IMG/VR virus record: IMGVR_UViG_3300020577_013934
Location: 13,623-77,622 of that record
Direction: 5' to 3' (one strand)
DNA from: a virus
Taxonomy: Duplodnaviria > Caudoviricetes
Length of the DNA: 64,000 nt
Position numbers and translations under genes: made by a program. The first letter of the stretch is position 1, and each line of letters opens with the position of its first letter. Positions 53,966 through 61,771 of the stretch are shown piece after piece. The notes beneath the pieces were generated by a model. The model was given only the letters and a program-made list of their open reading frames with translations. It had not been told where the DNA came from and made no database searches.

Positions 53966-54447
53966 CAGCACTCACTCCGAAGGTAGCGGCGCATGTCGTC
54001 GGCGTGCTGCTGGTCCACCAGCGCGCCCTCCTGCGCGAGCGCGTTGAGGGGCACGTCGTCGGCCGTCGCGCGGAACAGCTCCGACCACTTGGCGACGACC
54101 TCCAGCTCCATGGAGAGCAGCGACTCGAAGACGGCGCGCGGGTCGTTCAGGCCCACGAGCGCCGTCGGAGCCGGGTCGGCGTGCGCGTCGGCCCCGAGCG
54201 CGGTGATCTTCTTGTTCAGCTCGTAGATGAACTCGCGCTCTTCTTTGATGTGCTCCTGGAAGTGCTGGTAGATGCCGTCGCGGCAGAAGGCCCGCAGCTG
54301 GTCGCCGTAGTGGATGTAGGCGAGCAGCAGCGCGTACTTCTTCGACAGGATGGCCTGGAGGCACGGCACGTGCGCGCCGGCCGCCGGGGCGGCGTCGGGG
54401 GTCTTGGGCTCTGCGTGGCCGAGCAGGTCATCCAAGAAGTCGAACAT
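53965..54447 (-). CDS. Ferritin-like (bacterioferritin/Dps-type four-helix bundle) protein
   Basis: Y..H...FQEHIKEEREF..EL.KKI.ALG; SMELEV; DQQHAD di-iron-type spacing. Confidence 0.7.
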   Translation of the reverse strand: MFDFLDDLLGHAEPKTPDAAPAAGAHVPCLQAILSKKYALLLAYIHYGDQLRAFCRDGIYQHFQEHIKEEREFIYELNKKITALGADAHADPAPTALVGLNDPRAVFESLLSMELEVVAKWSELFRATADDVPLNALAQEGALVDQQHADDMRRYLRSEC

Positions 54448-57400
54448 CAGGGTCCTCGTCCTCGTCGCCTTCGCCCGTCAGCAGCTCCGGCGGGAAGTAG
54501 GATAGCGCCTCGTCGGGCTCGACGGGATAGAACGGCGCCGGCAGCTCCGCGCCCATGCCGTACCCGTCGGCCAGCTCCTCGTCCTCGGCGCGCTTCTCGT
54601 TCTCGATCTCGATGGCGTCCGAGAGCTTCAGCTCGCCGCGCCGGTACGCCGCGAGCGCGTCCTCGCGCGTCTTGAACTTGCGCACCGGCCCCGTCGGCGT
54701 CGTGTGCTTCGCCGCGAGCGTGAACGCGATGATCGCCTCGTGCTGCGGGAAGACCATCAGGCGGTTTCGCTGCTGGTCGCTCAGCAGCATGTTGCTGAGC
54801 GTCATCTGCTTGGCGTCCGCGACGGCCTCGGCGCCGATCGGGAAGTGCACCTGCAAGGTGTCGCCGTCGTAGTCCAAGTTCATGCCCTTCTCGGTGAACG
54901 AGGACACGCGAATCGTCTTGCCCGGCACCGGCTTCGCGTACGCCGCGACGATCGAGCCTCGGTGCAGCGTCGGCGCGCGGTTGATGATCGCCGGGCGCTC
55001 GCGCGTCTCGGCGAGCAGCGCGTCGCGCGCCGCCGGGGCCTTCGCGTTGACCAGCTCGCGCGCCTGGAGCGCCGGGTAGCCGGTGCGGATCAACCGCGCG
55101 ACGACCAGCTTGTCGAGCGACTGCCAGAGCATCGGCTCGGGGATGCCGACCTCGTCCATCCCGAGGTTGGAGTCCGGCACGGCGGTGCCGCGCCCCGACA
55201 CGTCCTGCGTGCGGCGCATCAGCTTGCGCTGGAAGAAGCCGCCCTTCGGCGTGCCGACGCCCGCCACCGAGGCGAGCAGGCCCTTGACCTTCTGCTGCTG
55301 GAGCTTCGGGTCGCGCGGCAGCGTCGTGCCGTACAGCTCCTCGACCTTCTCGTAGAGGTCCTGGCGGTGCTTGCCCAAGTCCGACTCCACGGCCGTCGTC
55401 TTCAGCGTCTTGTTGGAGTCGAAGAGCTGGCCGTACAGCTTGTTGGCGTCGGCGACCATCAGCTGCGACGGGTCGCGCACGCCCGGCTGGATCGGGCGAA
55501 ACACCGGCGGGATCACCGGCACCTTGCTGATCACGTACGCGTCGGCGGGGCTGAGCTTGTGCGCCTGGAGCGCCTCCAGGTACTTGATCTGCTTCACCAC
55601 GTCGTTGAGCGCGGGGCCCTTGGCGTTCTTCAGCTGCTCGCGCAGCTCGCGCAGCTTGCGCGGCACGTCGATCTTCGCCAGCTCGGACCGGAACCACGCG
55701 CCGCCGTTGGCGCGCAGCGCCTCCTTGAACTTCGGCTCGGTCATCCCGAGCAGCCGGCGCACCGGCTCCTCGAAGACCGGGTTCGGCACCGGCTCGTGCA
55801 AGTCGATGTGCGCGAAGAGCGTGCCCTGCGTGCCGCCGGTCTTGCGCGGGTCGAACAGGCCGCCGGTCTCCGGCTTGAGGTCCTTCGCGCGCACCGTCGC
55901 GCCGTGCTCGATCGCGCCCGCGCTGCGCGCGAGCACGTCCTTGTCGGTCATCGGCAGCAGCGCGAACTTCGAGCCGCGCTTGTCGACCTTGACCCCGGAC
56001 CCTTCGAGCAGCCCGAGGAACTTGTTGAACGCGAACGACGGCTTCGGCGCCGGCAGCGGCAGGCCCGTCTGCACGGCCTTCCAGTACTCGTCGTTCTTCT
56101 GGCCGCGCACCGTCGCCGCCTCGCGCAGGAAGTTGCGCGCGTTGTGCGCGAGCAGCGCGTCGAACTCCATCTTGCCGAGGCCCTTGGCGCTCTCGTCGCC
56201 GCCGGTCTTCAGGGGCTGCTCGTTGAGGTCGTACGGACCGACGCCGTGCCCGGCGAAGTTGGTGTCCGTGCTCTTGAACAGCTTGTAGATGTACTGCTTG
56301 CCGACGAGCACGCCCTTGCCGTCCGCGCCGACGACCTTGCGCTGGAGCACCGGGTCGTAGAGCTCCTCCTTGTCCTTGACGCCGTGCTCGCGCATCAGGT
56401 TGCGCGCCCACTTTACGGCGTTATGCCCCGCCGCGTTGTCGTAGACGATCGGCTTGCCGGTCTTGTCCGCCACCTTCGCGACGGCCGTCTCGATGACCTG
56501 CGCGGGGTTGATGCGCGACACGACGCCGGCCGACGTGAGCAGCAGGTCGAGCGGGTGGCCCTGCTCGTCGCGCAGCATCTCGTGGTCGGGCACGATCTTG
56601 GCGACGACGCCCTTGTTGCCGTAGCGGCCCGCGAGCTTGTCGCCGACCTGCATGGCCTCGCGCGTCTTCACGAGGATCGTGATCTGGCCGCTCGCCCGCA
56701 CCACGTCGACGACCTCGCCGGGCACGCCGTGGTCCCAGACCAGCGCGACGTCCTTGAACGGCTTGATCAGCGACTTGCCGAGGCGCCCGAGCATCGCGTC
56801 GGTGCCCGTGACGGCCTGCTTCATCAGGCCGGCCACGAGCACGTCCTTCGGGTCGACCTTCGCGCCCTTCTTGACCACGCCGCTCTCGTCGAGCTTGCTG
56901 TACATCGACGCGGGGTACTTCGCGCCGTAGTAGAGCTGGTGCTTCGCGCGGTTCAGCTCGATCCCCGTGCCGAGCGGAAAGACCTCGCGGTACATGTGCT
57001 CGCTGGTCAGCTTCTGCGCCGCCGCCGCCGAGATCACCACGGCGTCGTTCGAGTTGTACCCGTAGTACGGCAGGTAGCCGACGCGCAGGTTCTTGCCCAG
57101 CGCGAGCACGCCGTCGCGCGTGTAGTTCGACTCCGCGAGGCGCTGGCCCTCCTCGACCTTGTCGCCCGGCTTCACGTCGACGGCGTGGTCGAGGAACGTC
57201 TTCGACGGGAACGGGAACTTCTTGTAGTAGGGCACCTTGACCAGCGCTGCGTCGCCGGCCGCGCCCCGCTTCTCGGCGTGCGGCTTGATGTACACGAACT
57301 GGTCGTCGACCTTCGCGACGGTGCCCGCCACGGGCGCGGTCGGCACGATCATGTGCCCGTAGATCGCCTCGAACGAGTGGCCGTCCGGGTGGTGCGACAT

Positions 57401-58972
57401 GACCTGCACGAGCGGCGCCTCGCGCTCGACGAGCGGGAGCGCCTGCGTCCCCATCTTCGAGCCCATGATCGCGCGGTTGCCCTGGATCGAGTGGATCATC
57501 GGGATCAGCGACGTCGCGGGCGAGTACAGGTGCTTGACGTGTCCGAGCTGGTGCGTGACGCGCGACGCCGGGACGCGCGTCTGGTGTCCGTCGACGAACG
57601 CGTCGACCGTGCCCGTCAGCTCCTGGTGCGGAAACGCGACGACGTACTTGTGCAGGTCGCCCGCGCGGACGAAGTCGTCCTTCCCCGTCTTCACGTTGCG
57701 CAGCACCGTGTAGAGGTTGCCCTTGTCGTCGCGGTGCGCCGCGATCGTCGCGCGGATGTCGACGCCGGAGTGGTTCGACTCCGGCGTGCGGATCGGGTCG
57801 AGCGCGCCGAAGTGCGTGTTGTGGATCATGCGCGCGTCCAGCGGGATCGCGCGGTCCGACGGGATGCCGCCCTCGCCGAGGCTCGTCACCTTCACGGCGT
57901 GGTCGATGATCTCCATCGGGTTGATGCCCGTCGGCACGCTGGAGAGCGACGAGGTCGTGAGGAACTTGCGGATCGAGTCCGAGAACGGCGCCGGCTTGAG
58001 CGCCTCGCGGATCGAGCTCTTGCCCGTCAGCGCCATCTTCGCCTTGGGCGCCCACTGGCGCGCGGTCAGGCGAACGCGCTCCGCGACGAAGTCGTCCAGG
58101 GCGTGGAACGTCTTGAACTTCAGCGAGTCGGTGTCGTCGACCGGTGTCTTGCCCGCGTGCACGTCGAGCATCTTCTTCGCGGCGACGAGCAGCGCGTCCG
58201 GCGTCACCTTCGTGTGTGCGGCGCCGAGCGTCACGCTCGTCACCTCGGGGTCGAGCGTCGACTGGTCGTAGCGCTTGCGGATCGCCTCGACCTTCGCCTC
58301 GTGCGGCGCGTTCGCGTCCATCACCGCTGGGTGCTCCAGCTTGGCGTAGAGCTTCCCGATCGCCGTCGCGGTCTGGTGGCCGTGCTCCTCCTCGTTGGCG
58401 CGCGCGACGCCCTCGCCGAGGTGTTTGGCGATTTGCGCGTGCTCGACGCCCAGTCCGCGCAATACGGCGTAAAGGGGCAGGTTCGACGTGCCGTACTGGA
58501 GGTGGAACGTGCCCTTGTCGGGGTTGAACGCGAGGTCGAAGTTCTTGCCGCGTCCGAGGTTGAACACCGTCTTGAGCTCGCCGTTTTCGGCGCGCTGGGT
58601 GTAGACGCCGGGCTTGCGTCGCAGTTGGTTCGCGACCTGATACTCGTTGCCGTCCGCGATGACGGTGTGCCGCGCCGTCAGGAACGGCACGTGAGCGAGC
58701 GTGAAGTTCTTGGCTTCGTCGACGACCTTGCCGTGCGCGTCCTTGAGCACGAGCGTGCCCTTGACCGGCTCGTAGAGCGACGAGCCTTTGGTGATCGCCG
58801 CGTACTCCTCCGCCGGACCGAAGTCCTGCGCGTGCACGCGCACGTCCTTGACCTCCAGCGTTCGCCCCTTGAGGTCGAGCGGGAACGCCGCCGTCAGGGC
58901 CTGGGTCGTCTTGTCGTGCAGCTTCTGGCGCAGCGTGGTGGCGCTGGTCAGCACGGGCGTCAGCTCGTTCAT
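54428..58972 (-). CDS. rpoB: Phage multisubunit RNA polymerase: complete beta fused to the catalytic N-terminal half of beta-prime
   Basis: NQLRRKPGV, GDKLAGRYGNKG, SRINPAQ, GKMEFDAL (beta); KPETGGLFD, VPVIPPVFRP, DVSGR, NRAPTLHR, NLDYDGD (beta-prime active site, 54860-54880). Confidence 0.95.
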   Translation of the reverse strand: MNELTPVLTSATTLRQKLHDKTTQALTAAFPLDLKGRTLEVKDVRVHAQDFGPAEEYAAITKGSSLYEPVKGTLVLKDAHGKVVDEAKNFTLAHVPFLTARHTVIADGNEYQVANQLRRKPGVYTQRAENGELKTVFNLGRGKNFDLAFNPDKGTFHLQYGTSNLPLYAVLRGLGVEHAQIAKHLGEGVARANEEEHGHQTATAIGKLYAKLEHPAVMDANAPHEAKVEAIRKRYDQSTLDPEVTSVTLGAAHTKVTPDALLVAAKKMLDVHAGKTPVDDTDSLKFKTFHALDDFVAERVRLTARQWAPKAKMALTGKSSIREALKPAPFSDSIRKFLTTSSLSSVPTGINPMEIIDHAVKVTSLGEGGIPSDRAIPLDARMIHNTHFGALDPIRTPESNHSGVDIRATIAAHRDDKGNLYTVLRNVKTGKDDFVRAGDLHKYVVAFPHQELTGTVDAFVDGHQTRVPASRVTHQLGHVKHLYSPATSLIPMIHSIQGNRAIMGSKMGTQALPLVEREAPLVQVMSHHPDGHSFEAIYGHMIVPTAPVAGTVAKVDDQFVYIKPHAEKRGAAGDAALVKVPYYKKFPFPSKTFLDHAVDVKPGDKVEEGQRLAESNYTRDGVLALGKNLRVGYLPYYGYNSNDAVVISAAAAQKLTSEHMYREVFPLGTGIELNRAKHQLYYGAKYPASMYSKLDESGVVKKGAKVDPKDVLVAGLMKQAVTGTDAMLGRLGKSLIKPFKDVALVWDHGVPGEVVDVVRASGQITILVKTREAMQVGDKLAGRYGNKGVVAKIVPDHEMLRDEQGHPLDLLLTSAGVVSRINPAQVIETAVAKVADKTGKPIVYDNAAGHNAVKWARNLMREHGVKDKEELYDPVLQRKVVGADGKGVLVGKQYIYKLFKSTDTNFAGHGVGPYDLNEQPLKTGGDESAKGLGKMEFDALLAHNARNFLREAATVRGQKNDEYWKAVQTGLPLPAPKPSFAFNKFLGLLEGSGVKVDKRGSKFALLPMTDKDVLARSAGAIEHGATVRAKDLKPETGGLFDPRKTGGTQGTLFAHIDLHEPVPNPVFEEPVRRLLGMTEPKFKEALRANGGAWFRSELAKIDVPRKLRELREQLKNAKGPALNDVVKQIKYLEALQAHKLSPADAYVISKVPVIPPVFRPIQPGVRDPSQLMVADANKLYGQLFDSNKTLKTTAVESDLGKHRQDLYEKVEELYGTTLPRDPKLQQQKVKGLLASVAGVGTPKGGFFQRKLMRRTQDVSGRGTAVPDSNLGMDEVGIPEPMLWQSLDKLVVARLIRTGYPALQARELVNAKAPAARDALLAETRERPAIINRAPTLHRGSIVAAYAKPVPGKTIRVSSFTEKGMNLDYDGDTLQVHFPIGAEAVADAKQMTLSNMLLSDQQRNRLMVFPQHEAIIAFTLAAKHTTPTGPVRKFKTREDALAAYRRGELKLSDAIEIENEKRAEDEELADGYGMGAELPAPFYPVEPDEALSYFPPELLTGEGDEDEDPDVRLLG

Positions 58973-59045
58973 CGCAAGCGAAGTCTAGCGGCTGTACGCG
59001 GTAAAAGCCCATGGTGGGCCCTTCTGCCCGCCGAAGGAGATTCGC

Positions 59046-59099
59046 ATGCTCATCCGATCGGTCTTCCGGTTCGTCATCTTCGTCGTGGGTCGGCGCTGA
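59046..59099 (+). CDS. 17-aa hydrophobic/basic micropeptide MLIRSVFRFVIFVVGRR
   Basis: GAAGGAGA RBS; TGATG coupling to the next gene; missed by the ORF track. Confidence 0.5.
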   Translation: MLIRSVFRFVIFVVGRR

Positions 59100-59410
59100 T
59101 GTTCGCGTTCAAGTGCCACCGCACCTACATCAACGACTGCCGCTGGGCGCGCCAGCTCTGCGCGGTCGACGAGGTCGAGGCGTACGAGCTGCTGAGACGC
59201 TCGCCGTACGTCAAGCGCGACGACCCCGACACGCAGGGCACGATGCTCAACAAGGGCTTCTGCCTCGTCGAGGTCCGCGACGGCTGCGCGATCCTGGTCT
59301 ACAACCACGACGGCAGGTACTACCTGTACACGGCGCCGGCCGCCGAGGCCCTCGCCGCGCTCAACCTTCCACCGCTCGACGCAGAAAGCACCCCCGCGCA
59401 TGGCACGTGA
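59099..59410 (+). CDS. Hypothetical protein
   Basis: Coupled ATG 59099; GC3-rich codons. Confidence 0.6.
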   Translation: MFAFKCHRTYINDCRWARQLCAVDEVEAYELLRRSPYVKRDDPDTQGTMLNKGFCLVEVRDGCAILVYNHDGRYYLYTAPAAEALAALNLPPLDAESTPAHGT

Positions 59411-59582
59411 CGTCTTCGTAGTGATCCGCCTCTCCGTGACCGACGACGACGACCTCGACGACGACGCGCTCGTCGAGGCGGTCGAGGACGGCATCGACCA
59501 GGGCGAGATCACCGTCGACGGCCTGGACGTCGGCGAGACCGAGGTCGTCGGCGTCTACGCCGAAGAGCCCAAGCCGCAGTGA
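59400..59582 (+). CDS. Small acidic protein
   Basis: D/E-rich 60 aa; overlaps the upstream stop. Confidence 0.55.
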   Translation: MARDVFVVIRLSVTDDDDLDDDALVEAVEDGIDQGEITVDGLDVGETEVVGVYAEEPKPQ

Positions 59583-59610
59583 CGACCCGCGCGCCTCGGG
59601 GCGTGCCGCG

Positions 59611-60021
59611 CTACAGACGCGGCACGCCTCGGGGCCGGGCGCGCGCTTCGTTTTGCGGCTCCTCGGGCTCTTCCCACGCGATCGTGACGTAGATCTCGCC
59701 ACGGTCGTTCGAGAACTCGCGCGCGCCGAGCTTCCACGGCCCGGCGTTGCCCGCGTTGCGGATGCGGTTCATCAGCGCCACGTACTCGTCGTGGCGCGTG
59801 TGCGGGCAGACGTAGTCGCCGGCATCGGGCAGCAGCTCGGGCTGCTCCTTGATCGCGTCCTTGCAGCGGTTGCAGCCGCCCCACGGCCGGAACACCGAGT
59901 AGGTCTCGTGGAAGACCTTGAGCCGGCGCGGGCGCTCCTCGGCGGGCTCGGCGAAGCCCGTGCGCGGGCCGCGCTGCGCCTCCTCGCGGTCCGACCGCTG
60001 GCGGTCCATCCAGTCTTCCAT
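59611..60021 (-). CDS. Hypothetical protein with Cys/His zinc motif
   Basis: CNRC...CPH; follows the portal gene. Confidence 0.6.
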   Translation of the reverse strand: MEDWMDRQRSDREEAQRGPRTGFAEPAEERPRRLKVFHETYSVFRPWGGCNRCKDAIKEQPELLPDAGDYVCPHTRHDEYVALMNRIRNAGNAGPWKLGAREFSNDRGEIYVTIAWEEPEEPQNEARARPRGVPRL

Positions 60022-60022
60022 C

Positions 60023-61744
60023 TCAGACCTGCGCCTTCATCGAAGCCATCTGATCCTGCTGCATCTGTTCTAGCAGCTCTTTCGTGACGCAGTACATGAT
60101 GAAGTCCTCGCCCTTGAGCGAGTCGAGGCGCGAGCGCTTCGTGCCCGCGTCGTACTGCGCCATCTCCTGCGCGATCGGCTGCGCCTTGGCGATGATGGCC
60201 TGCTGGTCGTACGCGAGGCCGCCCTGCGCCTGGAGCGCCTGCTGCTGCGACTGCGTCGAAAGCGACTGCTGGAGCTTCTGGAGCGCGACCTGCGTCTCCT
60301 GCTCGGCGCGGGCGTCGGCGAGCGCGTCCTCGCGGCGCTGCTTGCGCTCGTGGTCGAGGTCGATGTCGAGCATCTCGGCCATCGTCGTGTTCGAGAGCAG
60401 CTGGCTCTGCCACAGCTGGATCTTGAGCTGCTTGTTCTCGACGTCGTCGATCATCTTGAAGTCGGCGAGGCGCATCTTGATCGACGCCCAGCCCATGAAC
60501 AGCGCGACCTTGCGCTCGACCCACTGGACGAGCGCGTTGAGGTTCTCGATGTGCGTCTGGAGCTGGTTCTCGATCATGCGCAGCGTGATCTCGCCGCGCG
60601 TCTGCCCGAGGCCGCCCGCGAGGAACTCCATCGGCACGCCGAGCGAGAGCACGATCGACTTCTCGGCCTCCTGGAGCTCGCCGAGCGTGAGCAGCGCGCG
60701 GCCCTCGCCGCCGACGTTCTGCACGCCCACCGGCACCGGCGAGAACTGGATGCGCAGCGGGTCCCGGCGGAAGAGCCGCCAGTTGCGCTCCATCTCCGTC
60801 TTCCAGCGGTCGAGCGGGATGGTCGTGATCGGGTCGCCCTGCCCGCTGGCCGCGAGCGGGTGGATGATCCTGAACGGCGTAATGTGCTCCAGCGCAATCG
60901 CTTCGTTTGCGCGGCGGAGCACCGCCGTGAAGAGAAAGTTCTTGATCGCGCTCGTGATCGGCGGGAAGCCCCACTGCGCCTGCACGCCGGCCGGCCCCGG
61001 CATCTTCAGGTGGTAGAGCGCGCCGTCCGCGAACCGGAAGGTCTTGCGCTCCTGCATCGCGCGCAAGATCTCCATCGGCATGTGGTTGATGAACGTCTTG
61101 TTGCCGGCCCGCACCTTCGACACGTCGTCGCGCGGGATCTGGTAGTAGTAGACGCTCTCGCCCGTGACGCGGTTGTGCTCGATGTCGATCAGCTTCGGGT
61201 CCCAGCGGATCAGCGTGATCTTCGTCGCGTCTTCGAGCTTGTAGTCCTCGACCGTCGAGAGCACCGCCTTGCGCTTGCACTGCTTGCAGTCGTGGGTGAA
61301 CTGGAGCTTCGGCAGGTTGAACTTGTAGTTCGCCGCGCCGACGTCCTCCTTCGTGCCGCAGTTCGGGCAGACCAGCTCGCGCTTGATCGGCTCGTACACC
61401 GAGACGAACGCGTTGCCGTAGAGCCACACGTCGTAGCTCACCAGCGTCAGGAAGCCCTTGAGGCGGAGGTCCTCCTCGAAGAGCTTCTTGTGCCGCGCCT
61501 TCTCCTCCTCCGAGTTCGACTCGTAGATGAAGCGGGTGATCGGGTACTCGCCGAACTTCCGCACGACGCCGTAGACGTGCGCCGAGTGGAAGCCGAGGTA
61601 CTCTGCCCACTTGAACAGGTCCTTCAGCTTCCGGGGCACGAACCCGGTCAGGTAGTCAAACATCGGGTTCGGGTGCGACGCCGCGTGCCGTCCGCCGAAG
61701 CCCAGCAGCGTGTCGTCGAAACCCATTCCACCGTCGATGGTCAT
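60023..61744 (-). CDS. Probable portal protein with zinc-ribbon insertion
   Basis: 573 aa at the head of the morphogenesis block; WLYGNAFV, QWGFPPI, IVLSLGVPMEFL portal-type motifs; CPNC...CKQC insertion. Confidence 0.65.
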   Translation of the reverse strand: MTIDGGMGFDDTLLGFGGRHAASHPNPMFDYLTGFVPRKLKDLFKWAEYLGFHSAHVYGVVRKFGEYPITRFIYESNSEEEKARHKKLFEEDLRLKGFLTLVSYDVWLYGNAFVSVYEPIKRELVCPNCGTKEDVGAANYKFNLPKLQFTHDCKQCKRKAVLSTVEDYKLEDATKITLIRWDPKLIDIEHNRVTGESVYYYQIPRDDVSKVRAGNKTFINHMPMEILRAMQERKTFRFADGALYHLKMPGPAGVQAQWGFPPITSAIKNFLFTAVLRRANEAIALEHITPFRIIHPLAASGQGDPITTIPLDRWKTEMERNWRLFRRDPLRIQFSPVPVGVQNVGGEGRALLTLGELQEAEKSIVLSLGVPMEFLAGGLGQTRGEITLRMIENQLQTHIENLNALVQWVERKVALFMGWASIKMRLADFKMIDDVENKQLKIQLWQSQLLSNTTMAEMLDIDLDHERKQRREDALADARAEQETQVALQKLQQSLSTQSQQQALQAQGGLAYDQQAIIAKAQPIAQEMAQYDAGTKRSRLDSLKGEDFIMYCVTKELLEQMQQDQMASMKAQV

Positions 61745-61771
61745 CGCTTCTCCAACCGAAAGGAGTAACAC

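Noticed and set aside
51418-58972. Host chromosomal rpoBC operon
   Set aside because: No rplKAJL/rpsL neighbours, divergent catalytic and bridge-helix motifs, a missing zinc finger, and flanked by portal and capsid genes
54704-59410. 1568-aa plus-strand ORF, and similar long ORFs such as 31539-34799, 47013-49175 and 61790-63853
   Set aside because: Antisense or off-frame shadows of real genes caused by high GC3; R/A/G-rich with no motifs. Only the last 104 codons of 54704-59410 (from 59099) are a real gene
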